64,000 bases of DNA from Bacteroidales bacterium (GCA_017501525.1 JAFVWT010000011.1:131037-195036), one strand, 5' to 3'. Positions 38,244 through 49,047 are shown, counted from the first letter of the stretch. Notes: generated by a model not told the origin, from the letters alone. Numbers and translations: made by a program.

Positions 38244-39494
38244 ATGCAAAACATCAATAATTATGACTTTAGTGGCAAAAGGGCAATTGTCAGAGTCGAC
38301 TTTAATGTGCCTTTGAATGAGGCTTTGGAAATCACTGATGATACACGAATTAGAGCAGCAATCCCAACATTGAAAAAAGTGTTGTCTTCGGGCGGCTCAC
38401 TAATCATAATGTCTCATTTGGGTCGACCAAAAGGCCCCTCTGAGAAACTTTCATTGAAGCATATTGTAAAAAGGGTAGAAGAGTTATTGGGTACTACATT
38501 GAAGTTTGCAGATGATTGTCAGAATGCAGATGATCTTGCTGCAAATCTTAAACCCGGTGAGGTGCTCTTGCTGGAAAACCTACGTTTCTATGCTGAAGAA
38601 GAGGGTAAGCCTCGTGGAGTTGCTGAAGATGCTACTGAGGAGGAGAAGAAGGCTGCGAAAGCTGCGGTAAAAGAGAGTCAAAAACTCTTTGTTGAGAAAC
38701 TTGCATCTTATGCAGATTGTTATATAAATGATGCTTTTGGTACTGCACACCGCGCACATGCATCTACAGCTCTGATTGCAAAATATTTTCCTAATGATAA
38801 AATGTTCGGATATCTGATGGAGGGCGAGATCAAAGCTATCGATCAAGTTCTCGGTCATCCTGAAAGACCTTTGACGGCTATTCTCGGAGGTGCGAAAGTC
38901 TCATCTAAGATTGGTATAATTGAACACCTTCTGGATTTTGTGGACAATATGATAATAGGTGGTGGAATGGTATATACCTTTAAGAAAGCTCAAGGTGGAA
39001 CTATCGGAGATTCACTTGTGGAGGAAGATCAGTTTGATTTGGCACTGAGGATCGTGGAAAAAGCGGAGCAGAAAGGGGTAAAACTCTATTTTACATCTGA
39101 GGTATATGCTACCAATGCTTTCGATAATGATGCTGAAAAGATTATTTGTCCAAGTAATGCAATTCCTGACGGATGGCAAGGTATGGATGCTTCCCCTGCA
39201 GCTATTGAACAGTTTAGAGAGGTTCTGCTTAACTCCAAAACTATCCTTTGGAATGGCCCTGTAGGTGTATTTGAGATGCCAAACTTTGCAAATGGAACAA
39301 ATTCTATTGCCAAGATTCTTGCTGAGGTTACCCAGAAAGGGGCATTTACCCTTGTAGGTGGAGGTGACTCTGTTGCGGCCGTTACCAAAATGGGATTTGC
39401 CGATAAAGTAAGTTATGTCTCTACCGGAGGAGGAGCAATGCTCGAATATCTGGAAGGTATCGAACTTCCTGGAATAAAAGCTATCAGAGAGTGA
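38244..39494 (+). CDS. pgk: phosphoglycerate kinase
   Basis: RVDFNVP, SHLGRP and GGGDS motifs. 416 aa. Confidence 0.97.
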   Translation: MQNINNYDFSGKRAIVRVDFNVPLNEALEITDDTRIRAAIPTLKKVLSSGGSLIIMSHLGRPKGPSEKLSLKHIVKRVEELLGTTLKFADDCQNADDLAANLKPGEVLLLENLRFYAEEEGKPRGVAEDATEEEKKAAKAAVKESQKLFVEKLASYADCYINDAFGTAHRAHASTALIAKYFPNDKMFGYLMEGEIKAIDQVLGHPERPLTAILGGAKVSSKIGIIEHLLDFVDNMIIGGGMVYTFKKAQGGTIGDSLVEEDQFDLALRIVEKAEQKGVKLYFTSEVYATNAFDNDAEKIICPSNAIPDGWQGMDASPAAIEQFREVLLNSKTILWNGPVGVFEMPNFANGTNSIAKILAEVTQKGAFTLVGGGDSVAAVTKMGFADKVSYVSTGGGAMLEYLEGIELPGIKAIRE

Positions 39495-39499
39495 TTTTG

Positions 39500-39520
39500 A
39501 CCTTCTCAAAACGAGAAGGT
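39500..39520 (+). terminator. possible terminator hairpin after pgk
   Basis: accttctc/gagaaggt 8-bp stem with a 5-nt loop. The T tract is weak. Confidence 0.4.
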
Positions 39521-39608
39521 TAAAATTAACTTTGTTCCACTTGAGCCTAATAGGAGTGCGGACATTTTGGATGCTGCTCGTATTTTATAGGTAATATTTA
39601 TTGCGCAA

Positions 39609-40574
39609 ATGAAAGAACAGTTAGCGGGCCTTGATGCCCTATCAATCAATTTCGGAAGTGGCGGGATGATGGTTGTCAACATCATCCTTGCCTTTGTTAT
39701 GTTTGGTGTCGCTCTTGGAATTAAACTCGACACTTTCAAGGATGTGTTAAGACATCCTAAGTCCCTTTTAATAGGAATATTGCTCCAATGGATAGCTCTT
39801 CCTGCAGTCACCTTTATATTGGCGGTGGCCTTAGGGCGTTGGATCACACCTATGATAGCTCTGGGGATGATTCTCGTGGCGAGTTGCCCTGGAGGAAATA
39901 TGTCCAATTTTATGTCCTCATTTGCAAAAGGAAATGTGGAACTTTCTGTCTCCATGACAGCATTAACGACAGCTTTTGCTCCTTTTATTACCCCTCTGAA
40001 CTTCTTCGTTTGGGGAACTTTGTATTATAAGGTAATCAGCATATCGGGAGATGTTCCTACTCTGGTAATCCCATTTTTGCCGATGTTGAGTCAAATTCTC
40101 TTGCTATTGGGAATTCCTATTGTATTGGGAATGCTGTGTTCCAAGTATTTACCCAAACTTACCGAAAAGATTGCGAAACCTTCTCAAGTCATCTCTATAC
40201 TCCTCTTTATGGGGATGATAGTAGTATCTTTTTCACAAAACTTCACATTGTTTATCGAAAATATCTTCTATGTGTTTTTTATAGTGTTGCTCCACAATGC
40301 TTGTGCCCTGATGACCGGATATATGGGGGGAACTTTGGCGAAACTCCCTCAAAAAGACCGTCGCTCACTCACAATAGAGGTGGGTATTCAGAATTCAGGT
40401 TTGGGTCTTATTCTGTTGTTCAATCCCAAAATATTCCCTCCTGAGATATGGCATGGATTCTATGGTGGAATGTTGTTCATTACTGCGTGGTGGGGGATAT
40501 GGCATATCATATCGGGGTTGACTGTAGCAACAATATTCCGCAGACATGAGTTGCAGGGTGAAAAGAGTGTTTAA
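39609..40574 (+). CDS. bile acid:sodium symporter (BASS/SBF) family transporter
   Basis: About 9-10 TM helices and SCPGGNMSN and GIQNSGLG motifs typical of SBF-like transporters. Confidence 0.8.
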   Translation: MKEQLAGLDALSINFGSGGMMVVNIILAFVMFGVALGIKLDTFKDVLRHPKSLLIGILLQWIALPAVTFILAVALGRWITPMIALGMILVASCPGGNMSNFMSSFAKGNVELSVSMTALTTAFAPFITPLNFFVWGTLYYKVISISGDVPTLVIPFLPMLSQILLLLGIPIVLGMLCSKYLPKLTEKIAKPSQVISILLFMGMIVVSFSQNFTLFIENIFYVFFIVLLHNACALMTGYMGGTLAKLPQKDRRSLTIEVGIQNSGLGLILLFNPKIFPPEIWHGFYGGMLFITAWWGIWHIISGLTVATIFRRHELQGEKSV

Positions 40575-40582
40575 GGAGAATA

Positions 40583-41923
40583 ATGTATGAAACCTTTATG
40601 AAAAAGAGAGAAAAAAAGATACAGGATTACGACAGATTGTATTCATTCTTGAGGTATTTCGTCGATTTTAACCTTAAAATGTCGTATAGAACTATCAAGT
40701 ATATCGGTAGAGAAAAGATTCCGACCGACGGGGCGGTAATATATGCACCAAATCACACTAATGCCTTGATGGATGCCCTGATAATTTTGGCAATGGACAG
40801 AAAGGCAAAGGTTTTTGTGGCAAGGGCGGATATCTTTAAAAATAAAAAGATAGCTAAGATCCTCAGATTTCTGAAGATTATGCCAATTATGCGAATCAGA
40901 GATGGATATGAGGAGGTTAAAAAGAATAATGAAACGATAGAAAAGGCGGTGGATGTCCTCAGGGATAAGGTTCCATTCTGTATCCTACCTGAGGGAACAC
41001 ATCGGGCAAAGCACTCTCTTCTGCCCCTCTCAAAGGGAATTTTCAGGATAGCATTCCAAGCTCAGGAACTCCTCGGAGAGACCCCTTTGTATATAGTACC
41101 TGTGGGTTTGGAGTATGGTAACTTTTTCAGGTTCCGTTCAACAGTCAGGGTCCAAGTAGGGGATCCTTTGAATGTTAAAGAATTTATTGGACGTCATCAG
41201 GACAATTCTGTTGCGGAGCAAATGAATCTGATGAAGGATGAGCTCACCTTAAAGATGAAGGAGAATATTCTCTATATTCCCGATGATAACGATTATGATA
41301 ATACCTATGAGATTTGTGCTGCAAATGTGAACAGCCAGAAACGGGAACTTGCTGAGCAAATGGGTAAAAAAGTGACAAGGGGTATTGATGGTCACTTTAT
41401 CTGTAACAGGGAAACAGTCAGAAAAGTGGTCGCACTGAAAGAAAATTCACCTGAAAAGGCTGAAGAACTTTTTGATTTGGCCCAGAAAGCGAGGGAAATT
41501 CGACTTAAGGATAAAATATCACTCTCTTCTGTGGCGATAGAGTATCCATTTTGGTCAAGATTCTTTAAATTTGTCATATTTGTAGCCTTGTTGCCATATA
41601 CTATTACGGCATCCATCCTCTCTTCACCTATAAATGGATTGTGTCGGTTTCTCTTTACAAAGATGAAGGACAGGGCGTTCAGAAATTCTATCAGATGTGT
41701 GGTAAATCTTGTCGTATGGCCAATATTGCTATTAATTTACACCATCATAGCTTTTGCCATATTCCCATGGGAGTGGGCATTGGTCGCTATTCTGTTACTC
41801 ATACCGGCTCCTGTTTTTGCCCAAGAAACCTACAGGCTGTTCAGACTTATGGCTTCAGATGTGAGGTTGTTGTTTAACGGCAAATTAAGAAAACTGTATA
41901 ACCAGATTAGAGAATCCCTATAA
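40583..41923 (+). CDS. lysophospholipid (1-acyl-sn-glycerol-3-phosphate-type) acyltransferase with C-terminal TM region
   Basis: HX4D motif (NHTNALMD) and PEGTH motif. Hydrophobic helices in the C-terminal region. Confidence 0.75.
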   Translation: MYETFMKKREKKIQDYDRLYSFLRYFVDFNLKMSYRTIKYIGREKIPTDGAVIYAPNHTNALMDALIILAMDRKAKVFVARADIFKNKKIAKILRFLKIMPIMRIRDGYEEVKKNNETIEKAVDVLRDKVPFCILPEGTHRAKHSLLPLSKGIFRIAFQAQELLGETPLYIVPVGLEYGNFFRFRSTVRVQVGDPLNVKEFIGRHQDNSVAEQMNLMKDELTLKMKENILYIPDDNDYDNTYEICAANVNSQKRELAEQMGKKVTRGIDGHFICNRETVRKVVALKENSPEKAEELFDLAQKAREIRLKDKISLSSVAIEYPFWSRFFKFVIFVALLPYTITASILSSPINGLCRFLFTKMKDRAFRNSIRCVVNLVVWPILLLIYTIIAFAIFPWEWALVAILLLIPAPVFAQETYRLFRLMASDVRLLFNGKLRKLYNQIRESL

Positions 41924-41937
41924 AAGCCTATAATCCT

Positions 41938-43362
41938 ATGAAATTAAAACTATTATTGGGAGCGTTGATGATATTGCTCTCCGCACCCCTGTTTGGAGGA
42001 CAATTACAAGAAGGAGATACCCTTTCCACAAAGGAAAAAGGTAAAAAAGATATCGTAAAGACCGGGTACAATTTCGGACCTCTTCCGGCTGTTGCCTTTG
42101 ATGCAGATAAAGGTTTTCAATTGGGGGCACTCCTGAATATTTATGACTTTGGGGATGGCTCGACTTATCCTAATCCTCGTCAACAATGGTATTTTGAGGC
42201 ATCATTCTTTACGAAAGGTTCGCAATTGTATGTTGTCTCCTACGACAACAAATTCTCAATACCCGGGGTGAGATTCTCTACGGCGCTTGTCCTGACTAAT
42301 GATAAGGCATTGGATTTCTACGGTTTTAATGGATATATGTCTTATTATGACTACCAATCTGTTTACGATGGAAAGCATAGTGATGATATGTATATCTACA
42401 CTCCATATTATAGGACAGACCGCCTTGCTGCCCTGTTTAAATTTGACTTTACAGGTAATATCTGGAATAATGATTTCTTCTGGGAGGCCGGGTATCATTT
42501 GAGTTATTTCGAGCAGGGAGCCATCAATTTGTCCAAGATAAACAAAAATAAGGATGAGAATAAGATGTTTCCCGAGGGGGTCCCCACTCTCTATGAGAAA
42601 TATCGGAGTTGGGGTATAATTCCTGATTCCCAGTCGGAAGGAGGGCTAAACAGTGTTTTGAGACTGGGACTCCTCTACGATACTCGTGATAAGGAAGGGG
42701 CTCCATCGAAAGGCATTTGGGCAGAGGCTCACGTATCGCTTGCTCCCAAGTGGCTCGGAACGACAAATCCATACTACCGTTATTCGGCGACTTTCAGACA
42801 TTATGTCCCAATTGTCAAAAACGATATTCTGACTTTTGCATATCGTATCAATTATGAGGGGACTTTTGGGAAAAGTGCTCCTTATTATGTTCTTCCATAT
42901 ATGACTAATATGGGGCAGACCTACGACAGGGATGGAATGGGAGGATTTAGAACTGTCAGAGGTTTGATGCGAAATCGTGTTCAGGGTCTTGATATGGTTA
43001 CATACAATGTAGAATTTCGCTGGCGATTTGTCAAATTTACCCTTTGGAAGCAGAATATTGCGTTTGGACTCAATGTTTTTAGTGATGGCTCGATGGTGAC
43101 CAAAAATTATGATATGTCTTTCAAGAGGGATGTTTCGGATTTTGCCTCGGAACAACAGTACTGGCAGGCACTTGCACAATACAATGAATATATGGCACTT
43201 GGCCAAAGTAGCGACCGTCCGCATATTACAGTGGGGGCAGGGCTGCGCTTTATTATGAACCAGAATTTCATCGTATGTTTTGAGTATGGTACTCCTGTTG
43301 GAAAACTCAGGAAACAGGATGGTAATGGTGCATTCTATATAAATACGGGATTTTTGTTTTAG
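41938..43362 (+). CDS. outer membrane beta-barrel protein (Omp85/surface-antigen-like, no POTRA evident)
   Basis: Signal peptide, aromatic-rich beta-strand pattern and a C-terminal OMP signature YINTGFLF. Confidence 0.55.
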   Translation: MKLKLLLGALMILLSAPLFGGQLQEGDTLSTKEKGKKDIVKTGYNFGPLPAVAFDADKGFQLGALLNIYDFGDGSTYPNPRQQWYFEASFFTKGSQLYVVSYDNKFSIPGVRFSTALVLTNDKALDFYGFNGYMSYYDYQSVYDGKHSDDMYIYTPYYRTDRLAALFKFDFTGNIWNNDFFWEAGYHLSYFEQGAINLSKINKNKDENKMFPEGVPTLYEKYRSWGIIPDSQSEGGLNSVLRLGLLYDTRDKEGAPSKGIWAEAHVSLAPKWLGTTNPYYRYSATFRHYVPIVKNDILTFAYRINYEGTFGKSAPYYVLPYMTNMGQTYDRDGMGGFRTVRGLMRNRVQGLDMVTYNVEFRWRFVKFTLWKQNIAFGLNVFSDGSMVTKNYDMSFKRDVSDFASEQQYWQALAQYNEYMALGQSSDRPHITVGAGLRFIMNQNFIVCFEYGTPVGKLRKQDGNGAFYINTGFLF

Positions 43363-43483
43363 TCTCCATTGAGGAGTAATTAAAATTTCTGTTAGTCGGT
43401 TTGGATAAAATTCCATAAATTCTTGAAAGTTATTTATGGAACATCCCATATATATTTGATAATATATCGTCAAAGGAAAGTTG

Positions 43484-43514
43484 GGGCTGATTCAAAAAGA
43501 GTCAGCCCTTTTTT
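43484..43514 (+). terminator. rho-independent terminator after the Omp85-like gene
   Basis: gggctga...tcagccc stem followed by TTTTTT. Confidence 0.75.
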
Positions 43515-43584
43515 GTTGCTCTACAGGCTCCTCACCAATTTGTGGAACTGGCAAATATAAATCAATCCGGCTATGTGGTTAAGC

Positions 43585-43624
43585 AAAAAAATAAGCCTTT
43601 GAGATTGGATTGTCCTCAAAGGCT
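43585..43624 (-). terminator. rho-independent terminator after cydB
   Basis: agcctttgag/ctcaaaggct 10-bp stem. The A-run on the plus strand gives a U tract on the minus-strand transcript. Confidence 0.75.
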
Positions 43625-43649
43625 ATATTTGAATTTAATGATTTGCTTG

Positions 43650-44750
43650 TTATCTGAGTTTTCTCCAAGCCCAGACTATATATGCTATCACAAATGGAAT
43701 TGCGATAGAGACTATAGCCATCACCTTCAGGGTAAACAGGCTTGATGATGCATTATACAATGTCAAGGAATCTTGAATATCTATTGTAGAGGGGAAGAAT
43801 GATGTGTTGTTGAATCCTGCGCAGAGCAAGAGGGCAAATACTGCCAACACTGTACCGCCTCCTACAATATAGAAGTTTTTGGATAATCCTTTACCGAGGA
43901 AGTGTCTTCCTAATCCTAAAAGTACCAGAACAACACCGATAAGGAATATTGCAGCCAAAGGCCATACTTGAATCATATTGTGTAGATATTTGTAGGGTTC
44001 CTCGGAAATTATACCTGTGGCAGGGTCAACAGAAAGTCCGCTGCGAAGCATAAGCCAAAGTACAAATGCTACAAATGTTACTACGAAGATAATAGATGTA
44101 ATATATACCCTTTTTTGACATTTCTCTTTAAAATCACCAATGTCCTCTTTAGTGCATAGATATAGCAAACCTAATGTACGTGCAGCCGCAAATACTACGA
44201 CACCCAATAGCAGATTGAAAGGATTAGCAAGTGCGTCAAGACCATGCCATCCGTTGGTCCATTGTGAAATGACGGGGGCTGAGACATCGGTTATAGCTCC
44301 TTTGTTTACCGTAAATGCTCCTCCTGAGAATAGTGTTGCAACGGCCACTCCCAATAAGAATGTTCCAAGTGCTCCATTTATAAATAGGAATGTTTCGTAT
44401 GTTTTTGCTCCAAGAATATTGCCTGCATCGTTTCTGAATTCAAATGATACGGCTTGGATTACAAAGCAGAAAAGTATTGCAATCCATAACCAGTAGGCTC
44501 CTCCAAAACTTGTTGAGTAAAATAGAGGAAATGATGCGAATGCTGCTCCACCGAATGTTACTAATGTGGTAAATGTTATCTCCCACTTATGTCCTGCATA
44601 TTTTACCACATGGTCCTTTTCCTGTTGGCTCGAAGCCACATTGAAGATAAGACCTTGGAGACCCTGTACAAAAAGAAGGAATACCAGAAGCGCTCCTAAA
44701 AGTGAGACTAATGCCCACCAGTAATGTTGTAAAAAATATAGTGCATCCAT
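43650..44750 (-). CDS. cydB: cytochrome bd ubiquinol oxidase subunit II
   Basis: 366 aa polytopic protein starting 2 nt after cydA. CydB-like N-terminus (YWWALVSLLGALLVFLLFVQG). Confidence 0.9.
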   Translation of the reverse strand: MDALYFLQHYWWALVSLLGALLVFLLFVQGLQGLIFNVASSQQEKDHVVKYAGHKWEITFTTLVTFGGAAFASFPLFYSTSFGGAYWLWIAILFCFVIQAVSFEFRNDAGNILGAKTYETFLFINGALGTFLLGVAVATLFSGGAFTVNKGAITDVSAPVISQWTNGWHGLDALANPFNLLLGVVVFAAARTLGLLYLCTKEDIGDFKEKCQKRVYITSIIFVVTFVAFVLWLMLRSGLSVDPATGIISEEPYKYLHNMIQVWPLAAIFLIGVVLVLLGLGRHFLGKGLSKNFYIVGGGTVLAVFALLLCAGFNNTSFFPSTIDIQDSLTLYNASSSLFTLKVMAIVSIAIPFVIAYIVWAWRKLR

Positions 44751-44752
44751 AA

Positions 44753-46309
44753 TTATGCTCCTTTTTTAATTTGTTTGAACATAATGCTGAGCTCTGCAAT
44801 CAGCATTGTGGTGAATAGAACAATAAATAGAATTAGTGTTGTAAGGACATTTCCGGAACCGACACCAGAGACTGAAGCATTTGTGGTTAGAAGGTTCTGG
44901 ATGGTCCATGGTTGGCGACCTACTTCTGCTACTATCCAACCGGATTGTGAACAGATATATACAAGCGGGACACTTATAATTCCAATCCATAGAACCCATC
45001 TGAATTTCTTTTTCTCAAGAAGATTCTTTCTTTCAAGAATCCAGAATGCGATAAATAGTACAATGAAGAACATACCGAGTGTCACCATAATGTGGAATGC
45101 GTAGAATACCAAAGGTACATTGGGAACAAGGTCCTCAGCTTCTTCAACATAGTGATATCCAAAGTATTTGAAATTTTCGTCGAGGACAGCTCTTGCTGAA
45201 TCCATTGCAGCCTGATTTCCACTCTCTTTTGCAGTTTGGAATGACGCTAAGGCGTTAACCGCTTTACTTCCCATCTCTTTTTTCACCTCAAATGAAGGTT
45301 CGATATAGGTATTGCCCTCCATATCAGTAAATTCATATCCCCCTTCTATGATGTCATTTACACCCGGAACGAAACCATTAAAATCTCTTGTGGCAAGGAA
45401 TGAAAGTACTTTTGGGAATGATATATCAAATAGATATGGATCTTCTTCCTCTCCTTCCTCTTCCAAAATCTCTTTATCGGGATTTAGTATACCAAAAGCG
45501 ACAAGGGGTGCACCTTCCTGACCATCGTAAAGTCCCTCCATAGCTGCAAGTTTCATAGGCTGAACTTTTGCAACATTGTATGCTGAGCCGTCGCCGGTTC
45601 CGATAAGGACGATAAGTGATGCCAAACCGAATATTGAAGCGACTTTGATTGATTTGCGAGCCAGTTCCTGTTCCCGTTGTTTGAGGATGAACCATGCGGA
45701 TACAGCAATTACCACTACTGCTGCCAATACATAACCGTTGGTAACGGCGTGAAGGAATTTGTTGATGGCAACAGGAGATAAAAGTATCGACCAGAAATCA
45801 ACCATTTCATTACGGGCTGTTTCGGGATTGAATGCCATACCTACAGGATATTGCATCCATGCATTAGCGGTAAGAATCCAGAGGGCTGAGAGATTGGTCC
45901 CGATAGCTGTCAGCCAGGTAGAGACCAAGTGTGCCTTTTTACTCACTTTTTCCCATCCGAAATACATTATTGCAAAGAACGTACTTTCCATAAAGAAAGC
46001 AAAGATCCCCTCTATGGCTAAGGGGGCTCCGAAGATGTCTCCGACAAACCAGGAGTAATTGCTCCAGTTTGTTCCAAACTCAAATTCAAGAATAATACCT
46101 GTTGCGATACCAACGGCAAAGTTGATGGCAAAAAGTTTCATCCAGAATTTTGTGGTTCTTTTCCAAAATTCGTCCCCTGTTCTGTAATATTTGGTCTCCA
46201 TAAATGCGATAATGAAGCCCAAACCTAATGTCAGTGGGACAAAAAGCCAGTGGTACATTGCTGTGACAGCAAATTGCCACCTCGATAGTTCTACTAAATT
46301 TTCATACAT
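44753..46309 (-). CDS. cydA: cytochrome bd ubiquinol oxidase subunit I
   Basis: LSRWQFAVTAMYHWLFVPLTLG, GRQPW and a long Q-loop. 518 aa. Confidence 0.95.
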   Translation of the reverse strand: MYENLVELSRWQFAVTAMYHWLFVPLTLGLGFIIAFMETKYYRTGDEFWKRTTKFWMKLFAINFAVGIATGIILEFEFGTNWSNYSWFVGDIFGAPLAIEGIFAFFMESTFFAIMYFGWEKVSKKAHLVSTWLTAIGTNLSALWILTANAWMQYPVGMAFNPETARNEMVDFWSILLSPVAINKFLHAVTNGYVLAAVVVIAVSAWFILKQREQELARKSIKVASIFGLASLIVLIGTGDGSAYNVAKVQPMKLAAMEGLYDGQEGAPLVAFGILNPDKEILEEEGEEEDPYLFDISFPKVLSFLATRDFNGFVPGVNDIIEGGYEFTDMEGNTYIEPSFEVKKEMGSKAVNALASFQTAKESGNQAAMDSARAVLDENFKYFGYHYVEEAEDLVPNVPLVFYAFHIMVTLGMFFIVLFIAFWILERKNLLEKKKFRWVLWIGIISVPLVYICSQSGWIVAEVGRQPWTIQNLLTTNASVSGVGSGNVLTTLILFIVLFTTMLIAELSIMFKQIKKGA

Positions 46310-46331
46310 GGTGGTTAGATTTTATGTGAAT

Positions 46332-46535
46332 TTATTTAGTTAGGTTTTTTATTACAATTTCTGTCTTTTCTTCCTCAGTTTCCACTACAGAGAGTGCCGG
46401 TTTGAAAAAGAAGGGACGAAGGATTGCAAACATTATGAATAATTTGATAATTATTAGTGCCCAAAGAGTTTTGCCTACGGTCATGGATTTGAATCCTTCG
46501 TAGTAGAAATTCCATATTTTCTTTATTTTGCTCAT
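46332..46535 (-). CDS. small membrane protein upstream of cydAB (DUF4492-like)
   Basis: 67 aa with one TM helix. Lies 22 nt upstream of cydA on the same strand, an arrangement I recall as typical for Bacteroidetes cyd operons. Confidence 0.5.
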   Translation of the reverse strand: MSKIKKIWNFYYEGFKSMTVGKTLWALIIIKLFIMFAILRPFFFKPALSVVETEEEKTEIVIKNLTK

Positions 46536-46653
46536 ATATTCTTATATTCTGGCGGGATAGAAATGCTTCGGCGCTCGTTGTAAAAATCAAAGCTTGTGGC
46601 TTGCTTTTCACTCGCTTCTTCGTATGTTCACCAAATGTGTTTTGATGGCAGAC

Positions 46654-48057
46654 TTATAATTCATCTGCAAACATAGGGTCCCAAGGTGGAAGTACAATGG
46701 GTTCTGTTTCAAGGAGTTCCAATAGCTGGGGAGATATGTATTTCTTCTCAACCACAAGTCTGAACATATATTCATTGAACCACTCATTAGTCATAATCAG
46801 GTGTCCTTTGTGTCCTGAAGCTGCTCCCCATGAATTTTCCACTTTCCATTTTTTGGGGTTTGAGTTCTCATCCAGATCTACCGCCATAAGTGTCATTGCA
46901 TGTGATGAACCGCTTGCACCTGTGATGATTCTTTCCCTTTTGTCCATTTTGAATTCAGTTCCCATCAACGATCCGTAGTCGTAGTAATTTACATCGAGAA
47001 CACCATTCTTGCTATCCAGGAATTTTCCTACATCGCACGAGAAATACATCATTGTGTTGTCCTTAATCGAAGCAATTGCAGCTTTGGCAATTTCTTCAAT
47101 AGGGAGATTGATATATAGCCAGTTCGCTCCATCATAAACGTGACGGTCATATTCAATTTCGTACACTTTGTAATACTCTCTTGATGGGTCATTCATCAGC
47201 ATCACATAGTTGTTTTGAAGGTCTGTTCCGATATATTCCTGATAGAATGACAGCGGAGTGTATTGTTTTGTGCTGACAGGCTCTCCTGAAGCGTCGTACA
47301 TAGTCCAGGTGAACTCTGTAGGGGGTTCACCGAGGTTGAGAACAAGGAACCTGTAAATGAATGACAACATTTCAACTTTTCTGTTTTCAAGTGCTGCAGC
47401 AAAATCTTTATCGGATTGACGTTTCTCCTTCTTCATCTCTCTTAGTTCAAGACCGAACTCCTTTAGCTTGATGTTTAGCAGCATGGACATTCTGGAGGTG
47501 TTGTTGCTGGCATAGGTCTCAGGCATTACTGTGCTTGGAACGACTCCATATTTCATTATCAGGTCAGAAACTCCGGTAAATTGTCCGCCGTCCGAGAGTG
47601 CGTGTTTGAAGAGCCAGTCAACTTTCCTGTCATCCATGGCCAAATGGCGGGTATCAATAATTCCTTGAAGGAAAAGATTGGATTTCTCAAGTTGGTCCCA
47701 AAAGAAATTATAGTTTTGGGAGAATTCAAATGGTCCTAAGTTGTATTGCTCTATCATTTTGGCTCTCAGAACATTAAGTCCTGTAAACAGCCAACATCTT
47801 CCGCTGGAGTGCTGATCGGTGATTCCTTTTGATTTTACTTCATGTGAGAAATGGAAGTCATAGGTGGCTTTAACCTCACTATTTACGGCCAACTTGTTGA
47901 TATCGTTGGCTGAAATGGCATTTCTGAGTGCCTTTTCTTCAGGGGTGTTCCGGTAGCCTTTTTTAATTTCTTGCAGCATATTCTCAGAAATGCCGCCTTG
48001 GGCGAACAAAGAGATTGAGAGTGTTATCGCCCCGAGTATAATAACTAATCTTTTCAT
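46654..48057 (-). CDS. pepC: aminopeptidase C / bleomycin hydrolase-type C1 cysteine peptidase, secreted form
   Basis: Active-site context QHSSGRCWLF, His context SHAMTL and a signal peptide. Confidence 0.88.
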   Translation of the reverse strand: MKRLVIILGAITLSISLFAQGGISENMLQEIKKGYRNTPEEKALRNAISANDINKLAVNSEVKATYDFHFSHEVKSKGITDQHSSGRCWLFTGLNVLRAKMIEQYNLGPFEFSQNYNFFWDQLEKSNLFLQGIIDTRHLAMDDRKVDWLFKHALSDGGQFTGVSDLIMKYGVVPSTVMPETYASNNTSRMSMLLNIKLKEFGLELREMKKEKRQSDKDFAAALENRKVEMLSFIYRFLVLNLGEPPTEFTWTMYDASGEPVSTKQYTPLSFYQEYIGTDLQNNYVMLMNDPSREYYKVYEIEYDRHVYDGANWLYINLPIEEIAKAAIASIKDNTMMYFSCDVGKFLDSKNGVLDVNYYDYGSLMGTEFKMDKRERIITGASGSSHAMTLMAVDLDENSNPKKWKVENSWGAASGHKGHLIMTNEWFNEYMFRLVVEKKYISPQLLELLETEPIVLPPWDPMFADEL

Positions 48058-48116
48058 ATAACTTTTTCTGTCAAGTTGTGAAACCCGGTTTTATTTATTT
48101 CATTTTACACTATAAG

Positions 48117-48124
48117 CAAAGATA
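48117..48124 (-). promoter_or_regulatory. Bacteroidetes -7 promoter box for pepC
   Basis: Reverse complement reads TATCTTTG, about 59 nt upstream of the pepC ATG. This argues that pepC is transcribed separately from the upstream operon. Confidence 0.4.
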
Positions 48125-48128
48125 AAGA

Positions 48129-49028
48129 TTATATGTTGAAATTGCTAAATATTTCTAATGGAATATCACTTTTAGCAGTCCTAAAACCTGGGTTTCCATT
48201 TATTTCGCAAACTGTAAAATCTTCTTCACCAAGGTATAATAGGTCTACCCCTGCGAAGTCAAGCCCCACTACAGCGGCAGCTTTTACAGCGATTTCCGCA
48301 CCGTTGTCAGGCAATGTTACAGTTGTGAAGCTTCCACCTTGAGCAAAATTGGATTTGAAGTCATTTTCGTTGTACCGCAGAATATTACCGATAACTTTTC
48401 CTCTGAAGACCCAGACTCTTATGTCTTTACCGAAACTCGATGAGATATATTCCTGCGCAATTACTTTTGTCCCGTATTCTATTTCTGCCATGTCCGAGCC
48501 ATATTCAGATAATTTCCCTGACTCTTCTATCCGTATGGAACGACTCTTCAGGCACCCGATTACCGCCTGTTCATATTGCTCAAAATTATTAATCAGGTAA
48601 ACATTCTCCCCTTTGGAACCGAAAATCTGCTTCAATATGAATGGGGTTCCAAAAGTCTCTTTGCACTTCATATAGGATTGTTCATCTGAAGGTAAAGGCT
48701 CGAATGGAGGAAGTGTCTGTGGTGTGGGAATTCCTGCCTGGGAAAGTATTTTATATGTGGTGTACTTGTCCCTGCAAGTAATCATTGATTGGGGTGAATT
48801 TATAACCCTGACTCCTTGTGAGTGATACCATTGTGATAGAGGAATGTGGTATCCTCGCATAAATACGAAGTCTGGCAAGGGAAGTTCTGTGAAATGTTTC
48901 TCCACTTGAGGAGAATTGTAAAAGAGAACCTTCAGTGTGATTCCATTTTGCATTGCTGCATCACAGAACCAACTGAAGGCATTGTTTTCTCTTGGTGTTG
49001 TTGCCGGATATATCAGATAACCTATCAT
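48129..49028 (-). CDS. RimK-like ATP-grasp ligase
   Basis: ATP-grasp pattern: CRDKYTTYKIL, KQIFGSKGENV, QEYI, RVWV and GVDLL...CEINGNPGF. Confidence 0.75.
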   Translation of the reverse strand: MIGYLIYPATTPRENNAFSWFCDAAMQNGITLKVLFYNSPQVEKHFTELPLPDFVFMRGYHIPLSQWYHSQGVRVINSPQSMITCRDKYTTYKILSQAGIPTPQTLPPFEPLPSDEQSYMKCKETFGTPFILKQIFGSKGENVYLINNFEQYEQAVIGCLKSRSIRIEESGKLSEYGSDMAEIEYGTKVIAQEYISSSFGKDIRVWVFRGKVIGNILRYNENDFKSNFAQGGSFTTVTLPDNGAEIAVKAAAVVGLDFAGVDLLYLGEEDFTVCEINGNPGFRTAKSDIPLEIFSNFNI

Positions 49029-49047
49029 GGCAACAAAATTAACATTA

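Noticed and set aside
39012-39955. 165-aa, 100-aa and 149-aa minus-strand ORFs
   Set aside because: They are antisense to pgk and to the BASS transporter, both of which are unambiguous. The antisense products have no recognisable features.
42646-43473. 275-aa ORF on the minus strand
   Set aside because: It is entirely antisense to the Omp85-like gene, which has a signal peptide, beta-strand periodicity and a canonical C-terminal F. The antisense translation is Cys/Ile/Lys-rich with no motif. Treated as a shadow ORF.
43483-43515. GGGGCTGATTC, which resembles the 5' end of tmRNA (smpB is in the window)
   Set aside because: The sequence immediately folds back on itself (gggctga...tcagccc) and is followed by T6. 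No tag-peptide reading frame, pseudoknot region or tRNA-like 3' end follows. It is a terminator.
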